A stretch of DNA of 64,000 nucleotides. Source: a virus (Duplodnaviria > Heunggongvirae > Uroviricota > Caudoviricetes). The stretch covers positions 25,067 to 89,066 of IMG/VR virus record IMGVR_UViG_3300029611_000001, one strand, 5' to 3'. The position numbers and the translations under genes are program-made. Below the pieces are notes generated by a model. It saw nothing but the letters and a program-made list of their open reading frames with translations. It was not told the origin of the DNA and made no database searches. The number at the start of each line of letters is the position of its first letter. Within the stretch, counting starts at the first letter, position 1. Shown here one piece after another: positions 1 through 10,812 of the stretch.

Positions 1-3000
1 GTATCTTCTAATACTGAATCTATAGAAAGTGATCGTTTTTATCAGACAGAGGGTAATAATGTCAGTTTGGATGAAAAAATAAATGAACTCCTGAACAATG
101 GTGAAATAGATTCAGATGAGGCATTTACAATGAAAGTATTTGGTCATTTAAATGATGGTATAACTCAGAAACCGAAAGAGGATATATTGTCTGATTTTGA
201 TTATGAGTTGGCTATGGAAGATCTTTTGTCTGCACCTATAGAGGTTAGAGAACGTATAGTAGACAAGATATATACAGGTAATCAAGATCTTTTATCTCCA
301 AGAGAGAAGGAGATATATGATAAATACAAGCAGGATATTGATGATTACATATCATTTCTTGGAGACAGTCCGGCTAAGATGATAAAAGATTTATCAGATA
401 AAGTTAGGAGACTTACTGAGCCTCGATCTGTGTATGAGGATAATAAAGCTATTATTGATATGGCTAAATCCAATTTGGAACCAGATCAAAGGAAGGAACT
501 TGATGATGCTATTTCTTTGTATGTTGATATAATGAACAGACGAGATAAAGGGGAGAAAGTTGACGAAGATAAGCTTGCCGATTCGGTATTTACCATAGAA
601 GATCTTGGCCAGGTTGGAAACATCACGGATCTCCTTCCTTATATCGAACAGAACAGGATTATTGATAAAGGTCGTATTTCCGAATCTACGTTAAGTAATT
701 TTGGGGAGGATGATGCTAATATAGATTCTCTTGTAAATGAATTAGACGAATCTGATAATACGCCGGGAGCCAATATAGATAGCGCCCAGAATCCAGAGAC
801 GTTGATGGTAAGAAGAATCTCCAACGACGGCAATGAAAGGTATGAAATTGCCGGTCTTAGAGCCGATAAATTTATATCTTCTATAAAATCATTGGTTCCT
901 ATTCAAATAAGCTCTGAAACGAACGCTAATGGCACTAAAAGGTATTCTCTTAACATAGGTGGGGAAACGGCTACTATAATTGAACTTCCTTATCATGCGA
1001 GATGGTCTATAGACAAAGAATCGGCTCGTGTTCTTAATCGCTACACAGATGTGTCTATTCAGGACGTGGGTAATTCCTATTCTTTGGTTTATAAGCGTCT
1101 TGATTCAGATGAGTTGGTTCCGTACAGAACGGGTGTCGGATTCGGAGATAATGAGGTAGATAAAATAGATCAGGAAGCATTATCTTCTTTGAAAAAAGGA
1201 GATAAGGTTAATCTCGAAATAGATGTAAATGATACCTATAATCAGTCTCTTTTTGCCGAATACAATGATGCTGTTCAGTCCGGCGATAAAAAAAGAATAG
1301 AATCTGCTGAGAATAAACTGGTGTCCAATATGGTTATCAAGGTCATGAGTGGAAACAGATTCGTTTCTGTTGTAAAAGCTGACACAGGAGGCATAGATGG
1401 TATAAGTAAGATAAGAAGAACGGCTTTTAACAAGTGGAAGAAGGACGCCGGCCGGTCGGCTACCATCGGCGTCGGCACGCATGTTGTTGCCCAGACCCTT
1501 CCCGGAAGACCGGTGTTTAACATGAAGGTGAACGGTCAAGGATATGGCCAGGTAGAAAATCTCCCTATTACCGAAAAAGGTGCTGAAAAAGTATCTGATG
1601 TCGGATATGTATTAAATGGCAAAGTCGTGCTTAAGAACGGATCTAAATACACAGGCTTCCCATTTGCTTATTCTATATTAAATGACAAGGGGAATAATTA
1701 CAAAAATGTAAGAGTTCCGGTAGTTGTCATCAAAGGTAAAAACGGTTTTAATTATCTTTTCCCAGTTAGCCTGCGTTCTGTGGAATCAGAGGAAGGGCGG
1801 AAATGGATGTCTTTTATAGATATGCTGCTTGAATCCGGTGATTCTGAATTGCTACAGATGGGTCAAGATGATATACAAGATCTTAATGCGTATCTAACCA
1901 AGTTAGGCCTTGATCCGGCTTCGTATCAAGTATCGTATTTGAATCCTATTTCAGGGCTTAGAAAAGCTCGTGAGGCTATAGAAAAATTATCTACGGTTCC
2001 TGATGTTGTTAAATGGGTAGAAGATGAAAGCAGGAATGTGAAAGACATTGTGACGTCTGAAGTAGAATCTGGAATAGATTTCGAAGGTGAGATGTTTGTC
2101 GCTCCTAAGATCAGGATTCAGTTTGGTAAATCATCTTCCAGACCTAAATCACTTATAGAGGATGATCTTCCTTTCTCTGATGAGGGTAAGACCGTTACTT
2201 CTAAAGAATACGTGGATGTTTATGAAGAGGAAATGCCAGAGGAAGGGGCTGCCCGGGAGACTCAGACGGCGCCATTAGCTCAGCCGGCTCCTGCGGCACA
2301 AGCTGCGCAGTCTTTACCTGGCAAGAAGCGTACCTCCAGGAAAAACTTCTCTCTTATGTTAAACGAAATAGAATCTCATATAGAAAAAGAAGGATTGCCG
2401 TCTTATGCTAATATTTTTGATTTTATAGCAAGGAAGATTGTAGGAGGTGATTTGAGGTTTCTTCGTGAGAGAGGTAATCCTAAAAGCCTTAAGGAAGAAA
2501 TGGGATTAGAACCTAAAGGAACAGTAGGTGATAAAATATCCACTCCTTCCAGTAAAGGTGGTAAGACTTTAGAAGAATATGTTTCTTGGCTTCGTTCTCA
2601 AACAGATCAGGTGGTGGTTGATTATGTTGGGCCAAGATCTGACGAACAAATTATATCAGAGTTGAAAAACTTTTTGAAATATATTAATTTTGTTCCAAGC
2701 AAGGCTTTGAATTATTCTCTTAGAGTCAATGGCATGGATACCCTAAAAGAATATGGCACAAAAGAGGAAGTAGAAAAAATGGAATCTGATATCAATAGTT
2801 TGGTTTCTAAAGTTTTGCCTACGGTGGATAATAAAACTGTAGAAGATGTTTCTACTGCAATAAAATCAAACAACTTGCCTGCCATATGGGAGCCCGTGGA
2901 AAGCCTTGATATGACAAACGAGGAAAAAATAGAGTTTTTGAATAACGTAGCAGATTTCCTTAGCGGCATACCAGAGTATGATGCTGTCGTGGAGTCTATA

Positions 3001-3954
3001 GAGTCAGAATCAGATAATATTTTAAATGATGGAAAAGAAGGAAGTGCAGAAGGCGGTGCAGTACGCACTGAGGAAGATGGCGATAAAAAGGGAGATGGAG
3101 AAGGCAAAGGACAATCCAGAACAAATGTCGAAGTTGAAAGAAATGTCGAATTACCTGGATCTGAAGAAGGAAGAGTAGATAACTATAGGAAGAACGGAGA
3201 TAAGTTCTCTGACATTGCTGAAGTTACTTTATGGCTACTTAGAAGGGCTGCCGGCATAACCTCTATCCCGGAAGGAGAAGAGGTTTATGTAGAGGGAGAT
3301 GAGGTTAATAGTATTATGACCGATATGGAATCAAGGTATGGTATAGACACCATCAATCACTCGCATACGACTAAGGCTATAAGGGACCTTAACGGCGTAT
3401 CAGGTTATAAAGTAGAATACGGCTTAACCTTTTTGACATACGATCCTTTTATTAGAATATCCAATCTAAGGAAAGGATCTAAGGCTGCGAAAGACGAACC
3501 TCGTATATCCGAAGAGTCGCTTACTCACATATCAAGGGTGACAACCCCTTATTTCCTGTACGGCGGTGACGAAGCATATACATCTGTTCCGGCTAAAGTA
3601 GAACCTATACCGGAGAAGATAATGGGTCGTAATGGTATTAAATTTGGTATGAGTGTAGTCGAGCTAACCAAATTAGGGTACAAAAAAGCTGGTGGAAACT
3701 GGATATATAAATTCTATATGAACTCAGGTGTGTATGATTTGTATAATATCAGTACCGGTGAAGCGTTTAGGGCAAAACCGAATCTTGGAGTTAAGATAAG
3801 TTCCAGTGCATTCATCCGCTCTTTATCTCAATCTGGTAGAAAAATACAAAATATGATGAGTAATATGAGCCAGGAAGAGATAGACAGGAATAAGAATCTC
3901 GTAGAAGGTTCTGATAATTCGGATTCGATAAATGAGTTAAATAAGGAGTGTTGA
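1..3954 (+). CDS. Giant virion/ejected-type protein, N-terminus beyond window start (at least 1295 aa); acidic, with PAPAAQAAQ linker
   Basis: Frame is open from nt 1 to the TTG at 67; uninterrupted 3.9-kb ORF; no recognisable catalytic motif. Confidence 0.7.
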   Translation, partial: VSSNTESIESDRFYQTEGNNVSLDEKINELLNNGEIDSDEAFTMKVFGHLNDGITQKPKEDILSDFDYELAMEDLLSAPIEVRERIVDKIYTGNQDLLSPREKEIYDKYKQDIDDYISFLGDSPAKMIKDLSDKVRRLTEPRSVYEDNKAIIDMAKSNLEPDQRKELDDAISLYVDIMNRRDKGEKVDEDKLADSVFTIEDLGQVGNITDLLPYIEQNRIIDKGRISESTLSNFGEDDANIDSLVNELDESDNTPGANIDSAQNPETLMVRRISNDGNERYEIAGLRADKFISSIKSLVPIQISSETNANGTKRYSLNIGGETATIIELPYHARWSIDKESARVLNRYTDVSIQDVGNSYSLVYKRLDSDELVPYRTGVGFGDNEVDKIDQEALSSLKKGDKVNLEIDVNDTYNQSLFAEYNDAVQSGDKKRIESAENKLVSNMVIKVMSGNRFVSVVKADTGGIDGISKIRRTAFNKWKKDAGRSATIGVGTHVVAQTLPGRPVFNMKVNGQGYGQVENLPITEKGAEKVSDVGYVLNGKVVLKNGSKYTGFPFAYSILNDKGNNYKNVRVPVVVIKGKNGFNYLFPVSLRSVESEEGRKWMSFIDMLLESGDSELLQMGQDDIQDLNAYLTKLGLDPASYQVSYLNPISGLRKAREAIEKLSTVPDVVKWVEDESRNVKDIVTSEVESGIDFEGEMFVAPKIRIQFGKSSSRPKSLIEDDLPFSDEGKTVTSKEYVDVYEEEMPEEGAARETQTAPLAQPAPAAQAAQSLPGKKRTSRKNFSLMLNEIESHIEKEGLPSYANIFDFIARKIVGGDLRFLRERGNPKSLKEEMGLEPKGTVGDKISTPSSKGGKTLEEYVSWLRSQTDQVVVDYVGPRSDEQIISELKNFLKYINFVPSKALNYSLRVNGMDTLKEYGTKEEVEKMESDINSLVSKVLPTVDNKTVEDVSTAIKSNNLPAIWEPVESLDMTNEEKIEFLNNVADFLSGIPEYDAVVESIESESDNILNDGKEGSAEGGAVRTEEDGDKKGDGEGKGQSRTNVEVERNVELPGSEEGRVDNYRKNGDKFSDIAEVTLWLLRRAAGITSIPEGEEVYVEGDEVNSIMTDMESRYGIDTINHSHTTKAIRDLNGVSGYKVEYGLTFLTYDPFIRISNLRKGSKAAKDEPRISEESLTHISRVTTPYFLYGGDEAYTSVPAKVEPIPEKIMGRNGIKFGMSVVELTKLGYKKAGGNWIYKFYMNSGVYDLYNISTGEAFRAKPNLGVKISSSAFIRSLSQSGRKIQNMMSNMSQEEIDRNKNLVEGSDNSDSINELNKEC

Positions 3955-3956
3955 GT

Positions 3957-4535
3957 ATGAGAAGGAGATACGAAGATGTTTCAAGTCTTGTTCAGTATCA
4001 GTTGAAGACCAATCAGCAGGGGAATATAGAGGTTTATGTTGATGACAGGTTTGTTGGAAACGTAAGTGAAGGAGTCTGTAATTGGAAGGATATTGAATAC
4101 AAGAGTAAGGTTACTATATCTTTGAAAGGAGTCAAGGATAAGGCTAAAACTTCAAGTAAAAGAGTCGGTCCTTATTGTTACATTTGTTGCATATTTGGAG
4201 GAAATGAATCTTATCATGCAGGTCCGAATAGTAATATAAAAAAGAGTCCGGTTACCACCTTTATAATGTATTGTTATAAAAATGGGGATATTACAATTAC
4301 CACTACTTATACTAAAAATTTATCTGGAACTCTTCAGATAGGTAAAACACAATTGACTATCAATTACAAACAAAGTAAAAGTCAGTCTTTCTCCGGTGGT
4401 TCTGTAGATTATGTAACATCCGTATCTGATTTCCCTTTTGTTACTGGTCCAGGAAGTGATAGCGTTGAGTTCAAAGGAGAGGGAAGATTGATAGTTGAGA
4501 CAGAGGCTTCGCATTATGAAATAGAAGTTTCATAA
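3957..4535 (+). CDS. Hypothetical beta-rich protein, N-terminus MRRRYE (paralog of 22197 gene)
   Basis: ATG 3957 overlaps preceding stop; N-terminal similarity to ORF at 22197. Confidence 0.55.
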   Translation: MRRRYEDVSSLVQYQLKTNQQGNIEVYVDDRFVGNVSEGVCNWKDIEYKSKVTISLKGVKDKAKTSSKRVGPYCYICCIFGGNESYHAGPNSNIKKSPVTTFIMYCYKNGDITITTTYTKNLSGTLQIGKTQLTINYKQSKSQSFSGGSVDYVTSVSDFPFVTGPGSDSVEFKGEGRLIVETEASHYEIEVS

Positions 4536-4576
4536 TTTCTATTTTTATACTATCTTTGTCTAAAATATTTATCACT

Positions 4577-6835
4577 ATGGGTGTCAAATGTCAGATAGAA
4601 AAAAAGGAAAATGAAATAAAACGGGTTAAGGCTCCTAACGGGGAGCCTTCCGTTCTTTACGAAAGTGCTTTAAAAGTATTAGGAAACAGCGAGCGGGCTC
4701 TTCAGGTATGGGCTAAGGCTTACACTCCTGGTTTTTTGTCGTATTACGGTCATTGGAATAACCCGGCTCCAGGGGAGATGTTTAACACCGATCCCAATGG
4801 CGAACCTCTTTTAGAAGATGTGCTGTCGTATATGAAGCGTCAGACTTATTTTGCTGATCCTTTAACGGCTCAGGATGTTAAGGATGTAAGGGATTTCCTT
4901 TTGTCTACTCATTATTTTTTCAATGCGTCTTCATTGTCTAATGCTATTCTCTTCGATTTTTATGTAGATGGCAGTTTGATACTGAATGAGCAGAAATTAA
5001 GGAGATCCGGTTTGTATGATGAAACAGAAATAAGTCGTATTTTATCCGATCCTTCTGTTTTAAACGAGGTTTCGACTTCCATGAGAAAGTTAATAGATTC
5101 TTCTATTAACGAACATGATAGGGAAAAAGATAATTATTTTATGTCTATTGACTATCAGTATGGTCCTATTGTTTACAAGGAGGGAGTGTTTAACCAATTT
5201 GGTAAAAAAGTACCATATAATCCTTCTGAGCTTTATTATGCTATGCGTAAAACAGTAGCCGGCATAAAAAACTTTTCTGAATTTTCATCTGCTTTTGAAT
5301 CGTTGAGAAATTCATATCCTGAACTGGTTGAGAAATTCGTTTCTGATAAAGAATTTGCCGAATCTATGTTTGATGAGTTCTCATCTACGAATAAGATTCC
5401 GGTAATAAACATAGAAGGGGATGATGTGGTGGAAGGCAAGAGAAGATCTTTGTCTAAGCTACAAGATCTTTCTTATTACAATTCCGGCAAAATAGAGTTC
5501 CTAAGAGCTCGTATATCAGCTTATTTACATAGGGCTAATGCCGACACCGAATCCGATTTAAGAAGCATGATATGGGATATAGAAGAGGCTTGTACGTGGT
5601 TTGGCATAGATATAATAGGGACATCGGAAACTTATGATGGCACAGAAGAATCTTTGAATAAGATAGATAATTTGATGCTGGATCTTGATATTTATGTGGC
5701 CAGGCATAATGATGTAAATTATGCTCCAACGCTGGCATCTTCTATAGATGATGTTCTTGGTGATAGTACAGACTATTATTTTGGATTATTGCCGGAGTAT
5801 ATGGATAATTTGAATATCGTTTATTCTGAATCCGATATAGACCCAGTAGAGGCATTTGAGAAACATTCATTGCTTAAGGTAGGAGATAATCTATATCAAA
5901 GGATTAGCAAAGATGATCTTAACGAGATGTATCAAATATCAACAGTATTAGCCAAGCACAACCTAACTCATTTTTCTACTAAAATATATCCTGAATCTTG
6001 TTTTAAGAACGGCGTTTTGGATAAAGAGAAAGTACGGAACGTAGATGATAATACGCTCATGGCTTCCATTAAAAAATACGTCAGATCGTTCATGGATTCT
6101 CAGAACACAGAGGACATGATAATGACCAGGATGGCGTTTGGGCACCCTGCGGTACTTGACGTTCCTTACGTGGATGTGGATCGGGAGTATAGTCGATACA
6201 TGAACAAAAAACAAGATAGCGAAAACCCATTATCCTTATTCGATTTATACCAATCTTACCTTGACAACAAACTCCATAAAACAAAATTATATGATAATGC
6301 CTATAAGTATCTTGACTTCAAACCTGGTCCATCTTTGGGTCTTATTTCTGATGATCCTGATATTTTGAAATCAATAGAATTATCTTTATCTGGAAAAGAC
6401 AGGTTGATGTTGTTTGATTATAGCATGACCAGTACCGACCCTTCTTTATCAGAATTGTTTTATTTGGAGAGGTATGACCCTTCGTATGCTGGGAATGATT
6501 TTGAACACTATTTTTACACCAGGCACCCGTATTTGTTAAAAGAAAAATCGGGTTCTAATATCGTAGAGCAAGATGGTGTTATAACAGCAGAAGGTATTTA
6601 TGATAATTTTATAAGAGTAGGTAATAAGATATGGTCTAAAGTAAGCGAGAGTAGTTCCGGCTCTATCTACCAAAATCTGACAGGAACCGAATCGGAGGTG
6701 AAATACGATTCTACTCAGAAGGCTAAGACGGTAGAAACTGATTACGCTCCATACCAAAACAGATCTGGCTTGACGCAAGACATGACCGTAAACAAGTCTG
6801 AATTGGATGATCTTAACAAATTGGAATGCAGGTAA
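4577..6835 (+). CDS. Large hypothetical protein (about 753 aa)
   Basis: Long ORF; TAnnTTTG-like box tatctttg at 4551-4558 upstream of ATG 4577. Confidence 0.7.
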   Translation: MGVKCQIEKKENEIKRVKAPNGEPSVLYESALKVLGNSERALQVWAKAYTPGFLSYYGHWNNPAPGEMFNTDPNGEPLLEDVLSYMKRQTYFADPLTAQDVKDVRDFLLSTHYFFNASSLSNAILFDFYVDGSLILNEQKLRRSGLYDETEISRILSDPSVLNEVSTSMRKLIDSSINEHDREKDNYFMSIDYQYGPIVYKEGVFNQFGKKVPYNPSELYYAMRKTVAGIKNFSEFSSAFESLRNSYPELVEKFVSDKEFAESMFDEFSSTNKIPVINIEGDDVVEGKRRSLSKLQDLSYYNSGKIEFLRARISAYLHRANADTESDLRSMIWDIEEACTWFGIDIIGTSETYDGTEESLNKIDNLMLDLDIYVARHNDVNYAPTLASSIDDVLGDSTDYYFGLLPEYMDNLNIVYSESDIDPVEAFEKHSLLKVGDNLYQRISKDDLNEMYQISTVLAKHNLTHFSTKIYPESCFKNGVLDKEKVRNVDDNTLMASIKKYVRSFMDSQNTEDMIMTRMAFGHPAVLDVPYVDVDREYSRYMNKKQDSENPLSLFDLYQSYLDNKLHKTKLYDNAYKYLDFKPGPSLGLISDDPDILKSIELSLSGKDRLMLFDYSMTSTDPSLSELFYLERYDPSYAGNDFEHYFYTRHPYLLKEKSGSNIVEQDGVITAEGIYDNFIRVGNKIWSKVSESSSGSIYQNLTGTESEVKYDSTQKAKTVETDYAPYQNRSGLTQDMTVNKSELDDLNKLECR

Positions 6836-7343
6836 TTTTTGTATATATATATATAGTTTTTTCATGGTTATAATTTGGGAAGTGAGGCTTGTGAAAGTCT
6901 CACTTTTCTTATATATGCACGTATATCAATAACATACAAGAAAAGTTAGATTTTCATTGTTTATGAATTATTTTTGTTAAGTTTGCAATATTAGTTTCAG
7001 GAAGGGATTATGGAAATAAGGAAAAAGTAAGAACCGAACGTAACTAATAACAGTAGGAAATGAGAATCAGTACCATCAAACGTAACAACAGCATTCATCT
7101 TATGTATAAAAACATTATGAATGATTTAGGTCAATTAAGAACTGTAGTTTCAAAATCCTATATTTATAATCTGATACAAAATCAAACCGGATTAAGTATC
7201 AGAACTATATCCCATGTACTTAACCATACCAAAGAACAGGATACGGATTCTTTGTGAAAAGCATGTATTTTCATACATTTGTTCGTTCTTTAGTTTTAGT
7301 AGGGAAAAGTTTTTCATGGTATTTTAGTTTAGATTAGTTGAGG

Positions 7344-7378
7344 CAGGATTCGCAGTGATGCGGATCCTGTTTTGATTT
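7344..7378 (+). terminator. Rho-independent terminator (11-bp stem, GTGA loop, U-tract)
   Basis: caggattcgca-gtga-tgcggatcctg followed by ttttgattt. Confidence 0.6.
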
Positions 7379-7592
7379 ACAGCGCTTTACCCAAAAAAGG
7401 AAAAGCGAAAGTTGCTGATTATCAATTTTTACCCATAAATGGGGAAAACTACTCGTTGTATATTATATTTCCGTTTTTACTGAAAATCCTTCCATTTTAT
7501 CGGAAACAAACTCAGCCTTGTTCCACCCTGCAATCATGATCTTTGTTACGTGCTTCATGCACGTATGTTTAACAATTAAATACTATAAAATT

Positions 7593-8600
7593 ATGGGTGG
7601 TGATAAAATCGTCCTTTTAGATGGAGCCGGGGCTAACGGTGGTGGTGCAGCCACTAACGGTCTTCTTTCAATGATTCCCGGCATGTTTGCTAATTTGATA
7701 GGTGGTAATAAAATGGATCCGAATCTGGTGGCGGCTTTGATGAACGGTCGTAACAACCAGGACGGTTTCGGTGGGGCTAACGGTTGGTGGCTCTGGATAA
7801 TTGTTTTGTTCTGGCTGTGGGGTGGACGCGGCTTCGGTAACGGTTTTGGAAATGGCGGTGATTGTTGTGCCAATGGTTTGCCGGCTCAGTTGAATAACGA
7901 TTACGGTCGTGAACTTTTGATGCAGGCAATTCAAGGTAATCGTAGCGCCATAGATCAGATTGCTTCTGCTTTGAACTGTTCTACTACTCAACTTCAGAAC
8001 GCTATCTGCAACGTACAGGGTGCTATTGATAAAGTAGCTGGTCAGGTAGGTATGACTTCTCAGGCTGTTATCAACGCAGTTCAACAACAAGGTTGTGAAA
8101 TAGGAAATCAAATCAGCTCTTGCTGCTGCAATCTGAGTTCGTTGATCAATCAAAGCACTTGCCAGACTCAGGGAATGATTACTCAGCAAGGTTTTGATAA
8201 CCAGCTTCGCACGTTGGAACAAACCAATATCTTGCAGAACGGTCTCAACCAAGGTCTGGCTAACAATCGTGAGCAAGCTACAAGCCAATTCAATATCTTG
8301 TCTGCGAAACTTGACGCCCAAACCGTTATGATCAACGACAAATTCTGTCAGTTGGAAATGAGGGAGATGCAGAACACTATTGCTCAACTTCGTGAAGAAA
8401 AAGCGGCTTTGACAGCTTCGGCATTATCTCAGCAACAAACCCAGAATATCGTTGGTCAATTACGCCCGACGGCCGTCCCGGCCTACCCCTCTTGTTCTCC
8501 TTACCAGGCTTATACTTGGGGACAGGTATTCGGAGGAGGTTGCTGTAATAACGGATGCGGATGTAACAACGGATGTTGCAATAACAACGCTGCTGTCTGA
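7593..8600 (+). CDS. Gly/Asn/Gln/Cys-rich membrane-anchored protein (one TM, Q-rich coiled coil, C-terminal GGGCCNNGCGCNNGCCNNN)
   Basis: ORF 7518-8600; probable start ATG 7593; TM segment WWLWIIVLFWLW; extreme compositional bias. Confidence 0.6.
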   Translation: MGGDKIVLLDGAGANGGGAATNGLLSMIPGMFANLIGGNKMDPNLVAALMNGRNNQDGFGGANGWWLWIIVLFWLWGGRGFGNGFGNGGDCCANGLPAQLNNDYGRELLMQAIQGNRSAIDQIASALNCSTTQLQNAICNVQGAIDKVAGQVGMTSQAVINAVQQQGCEIGNQISSCCCNLSSLINQSTCQTQGMITQQGFDNQLRTLEQTNILQNGLNQGLANNREQATSQFNILSAKLDAQTVMINDKFCQLEMREMQNTIAQLREEKAALTASALSQQQTQNIVGQLRPTAVPAYPSCSPYQAYTWGQVFGGGCCNNGCGCNNGCCNNNAAV

Positions 8601-8623
8601 TTTTATTAAGAAAGGAGGCTAAT

Positions 8624-9037
8624 ATGGCTTGTGTTTCTAAAATAGGATCGTTGTATGAGATGGTTACGAAGAATGTTATTGTCAGTACGACAAATACAGT
8701 CTTCGGTATTAACCCACGGGCTTGGATCGCCCTTCCGTGTGAGGGTCTTATCCTTCTTAAGATAAGGCAAGTAGTCCCCACAGCCGGAAGTGCTCTACCG
8801 GTACAGATTGCGGTCCCGGCAAACAGCACAGTTTCAACAGTAGGAGCCGACACCTGTTGCCCGGTTACGGGAGTGAATGTCGTGAACCCTATTAACGTAG
8901 CTGTCACGGGTGCCGCTATGGTAAATGGCACAGAACGCCTTCTGTACTTCAATAAAGTTCGTGGCGTGTTAAGATTAATGGATTGCTGTGTTCCAGTAGC
9001 GGCAGCCCAGGCGTCTGAAGTTAAAGCAGGTAAATGA
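8624..9037 (+). CDS. Hypothetical protein (137 aa)
   Basis: ORF followed by perfect terminator. Confidence 0.55.
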   Translation: MACVSKIGSLYEMVTKNVIVSTTNTVFGINPRAWIALPCEGLILLKIRQVVPTAGSALPVQIAVPANSTVSTVGADTCCPVTGVNVVNPINVAVTGAAMVNGTERLLYFNKVRGVLRLMDCCVPVAAAQASEVKAGK

Positions 9038-9043
9038 TTTCAG

Positions 9044-9072
9044 TAGGGTGATGGAGATCATCACCCTATTTT
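9044..9072 (+). terminator. Rho-independent terminator (10-bp perfect stem)
   Basis: tagggtgatg-gagat-catcacccta-tttt. Confidence 0.7.
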
Positions 9073-9087
9073 CACCTAACTAATATT

Positions 9088-9582
9088 TTGATCATGTTTT
9101 CAGATTTGAAGAAAGGGTTTCAGGTACATACCCTTGATACTAATACAGTACCTAAATACGAATTGGGAAAGGTAGTAGCCGTATCCGAACCCAGGTATCT
9201 TCCTCCTCAGCCAGGTCAGTATCAGGCGATGCAGACCCGCGTGGTGGATCTGACGGTAGAGCTCACTGGCGAAACCAAGACCTATACGGTCCCGGAATCC
9301 CAGAATGTGGCTAAGGCTATGGGCATAACATTATCTACCAGCATAGATCCGATTATGAACGAGCTGAATGCCATAAAAAGCACCAGTCAGGAAATAATAG
9401 ACAGCGTAGATGCCCATCGTGCCAAGATAGAGGCTTGTGAATCTATATTAGAAGATATCAATCCGGCATTCAAGCAAACGAGAGAGCAGGATCGTAAAAT
9501 AGCTGGTATAGAAAATAAGGTGAATGACCTTACTGATTCATTCGAAGATTTAAAGAAGTTAATTGTAGAACGTTTGAAATAA
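9088..9582 (+). CDS. Hypothetical coiled-coil protein (164 aa)
   Basis: ORF in co-oriented block. Confidence 0.55.
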   Translation: MIMFSDLKKGFQVHTLDTNTVPKYELGKVVAVSEPRYLPPQPGQYQAMQTRVVDLTVELTGETKTYTVPESQNVAKAMGITLSTSIDPIMNELNAIKSTSQEIIDSVDAHRAKIEACESILEDINPAFKQTREQDRKIAGIENKVNDLTDSFEDLKKLIVERLK

Positions 9583-9589
9583 GTATAAT

Positions 9590-9958
9590 ATGATAGTATA
9601 TGATTTAAATTCAGGACACAGAGAATATCCTGGATATGACGAGATAGAAGACAGACGAGGTGGAGGCAGAGGCAGAAGCCGGCGTTCTGATGGGACGTAC
9701 ATGGGGTATGGTGGTGGTATTTACGACCATTACGGTATGCATGAGAAGATGAAAGAAATGGAAGAGCGCGAAAACGAGCTGGAAGAAAGGGAAAGAAGGC
9801 TCGAAGAGCGCGAACGTCGTCATGAAATGGAGGACCGGGAATACCGGAGGATGGGTTACGAATCCTACCCGACCGATTACTATGGAGACGACAGATACTA
9901 CGGTGACGGACCTCAGATGCGTAGAGGTCGCGGACGTGGCAGAGGTCGTTCTTATTGA
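9590..9958 (+). CDS. RG/RGG- and ERE-repeat low-complexity protein (probable nucleic-acid binding)
   Basis: RRGGGRGRSRR and RRGRGRGRGRSY termini; EERERRLEERERR core. Confidence 0.55.
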   Translation: MIVYDLNSGHREYPGYDEIEDRRGGGRGRSRRSDGTYMGYGGGIYDHYGMHEKMKEMEERENELEERERRLEERERRHEMEDREYRRMGYESYPTDYYGDDRYYGDGPQMRRGRGRGRGRSY

Positions 9959-10051
9959 GGAGCAGACGCAGAGGATCCAGCTTATCAGAAATATGTAGAT
10001 ACTTACGGCTACCATTTTTCTAATGCTCTCGCTGATGAGGCGGTAAAGAAG

Positions 10052-10345
10052 ATGGTCAACGTCGATGGATCCAAGAGGATCTGGAAGCAGCCGGAAATAA
10101 AAGATATTTTTGAAAAGTGCGGAGCGAAGAAGCCGGATAAAGCGACATGGGGCGATGTCCAATATGTCTTTGCAATGTACTATTCGGATGGTTTTCCGAA
10201 GGTCTTCAAATGTGAGAACGAGTTGGTGAAAGCTACGTTAATGTATTTGGATGATCCGGATGCTCCCGAAGGAGTAGCCTTTATAAGATGGCTTGCCGTG
10301 CAAGATTACCTCGGCGAAAAAATAAACTGGAAGGATCTGACCTGA
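10052..10345 (+). CDS. Hypothetical protein (97 aa)
   Basis: ORF; imperfect hairpin plus T-tract downstream (about 10440-10490). Confidence 0.45.
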   Translation: MVNVDGSKRIWKQPEIKDIFEKCGAKKPDKATWGDVQYVFAMYYSDGFPKVFKCENELVKATLMYLDDPDAPEGVAFIRWLAVQDYLGEKINWKDLT

Positions 10346-10509
10346 GATCCAGATCCAGGTCCTTCCGGTGGTGCGGGAGCCATAGTAAAAAATATGATTC
10401 CCGCATTCCCGTTTTTCCCGTTTGGAAAAAAAGGAATAAAAATATTATACCGGTCGGCGGGCAATAGAATACCCGTGGCCGGTTTGTTTCACATAACTTT
10501 TTTTTGACA

Positions 10510-10683
10510 TGAATATAGCACACGAATCTAAATCGAATAAAACCCCATTGTATTTAATAGGAGAGTTGATTGGCGTACCGAATACGGTTATGGACTCAGC
10601 ATTGCATGAACTGAAAGATAGAATAGACAAAGACCCTAAATATAAAGATGTTAAAAATTGGCTCGAGTCTTTACCCAAGATCT
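10510..10683 (+). CDS. Small hypothetical protein (57 aa, below ORF-track cutoff)
   Basis: ATG 10510 to TGA 10681-83, followed by terminator at 10708. Confidence 0.4.
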
Positions 10684-10707
10684 GAACCTATTTTTTTCAA
10701 TACCAGG

Positions 10708-10742
10708 CCCGATGCGATTTTAACGTATCGGGTTTTTATTTT
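10708..10742 (+). terminator. Rho-independent terminator
   Basis: cccgatgcg-attttaa-cgtatcggg-tttttatttt. Confidence 0.6.
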
Positions 10743-10787
10743 AATTTATATTGTTTTATTTTAAATCTAATTAATTCATGAATGTCG

Positions 10788-10795
10788 TACATTTG
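10788..10795 (+). promoter_or_regulatory. Bacteroidota-type -7 box TAnnTTTG (tacatttg)
   Basis: Matches TAnnTTTG consensus about 18 bp upstream of ATG 10813. Confidence 0.4.
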
Positions 10796-10812
10796 TTGAA
10801 AAACTATTCTAT

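Noticed and set aside
639-3107. Several 60-130-aa minus-strand ORFs inside the first giant gene (639-833, 1180-1539, 1275-1523, 2712-3107)
   Set aside because: They are antisense to a long uninterrupted ORF with coherent codon usage. They are most likely spurious.
7060-7257. 65-aa plus-strand ORF in the 6836-7517 intergenic region
   Set aside because: It sits in an AT-rich promoter/terminator region with no start context and has a low-complexity translation. It is probably not a gene.
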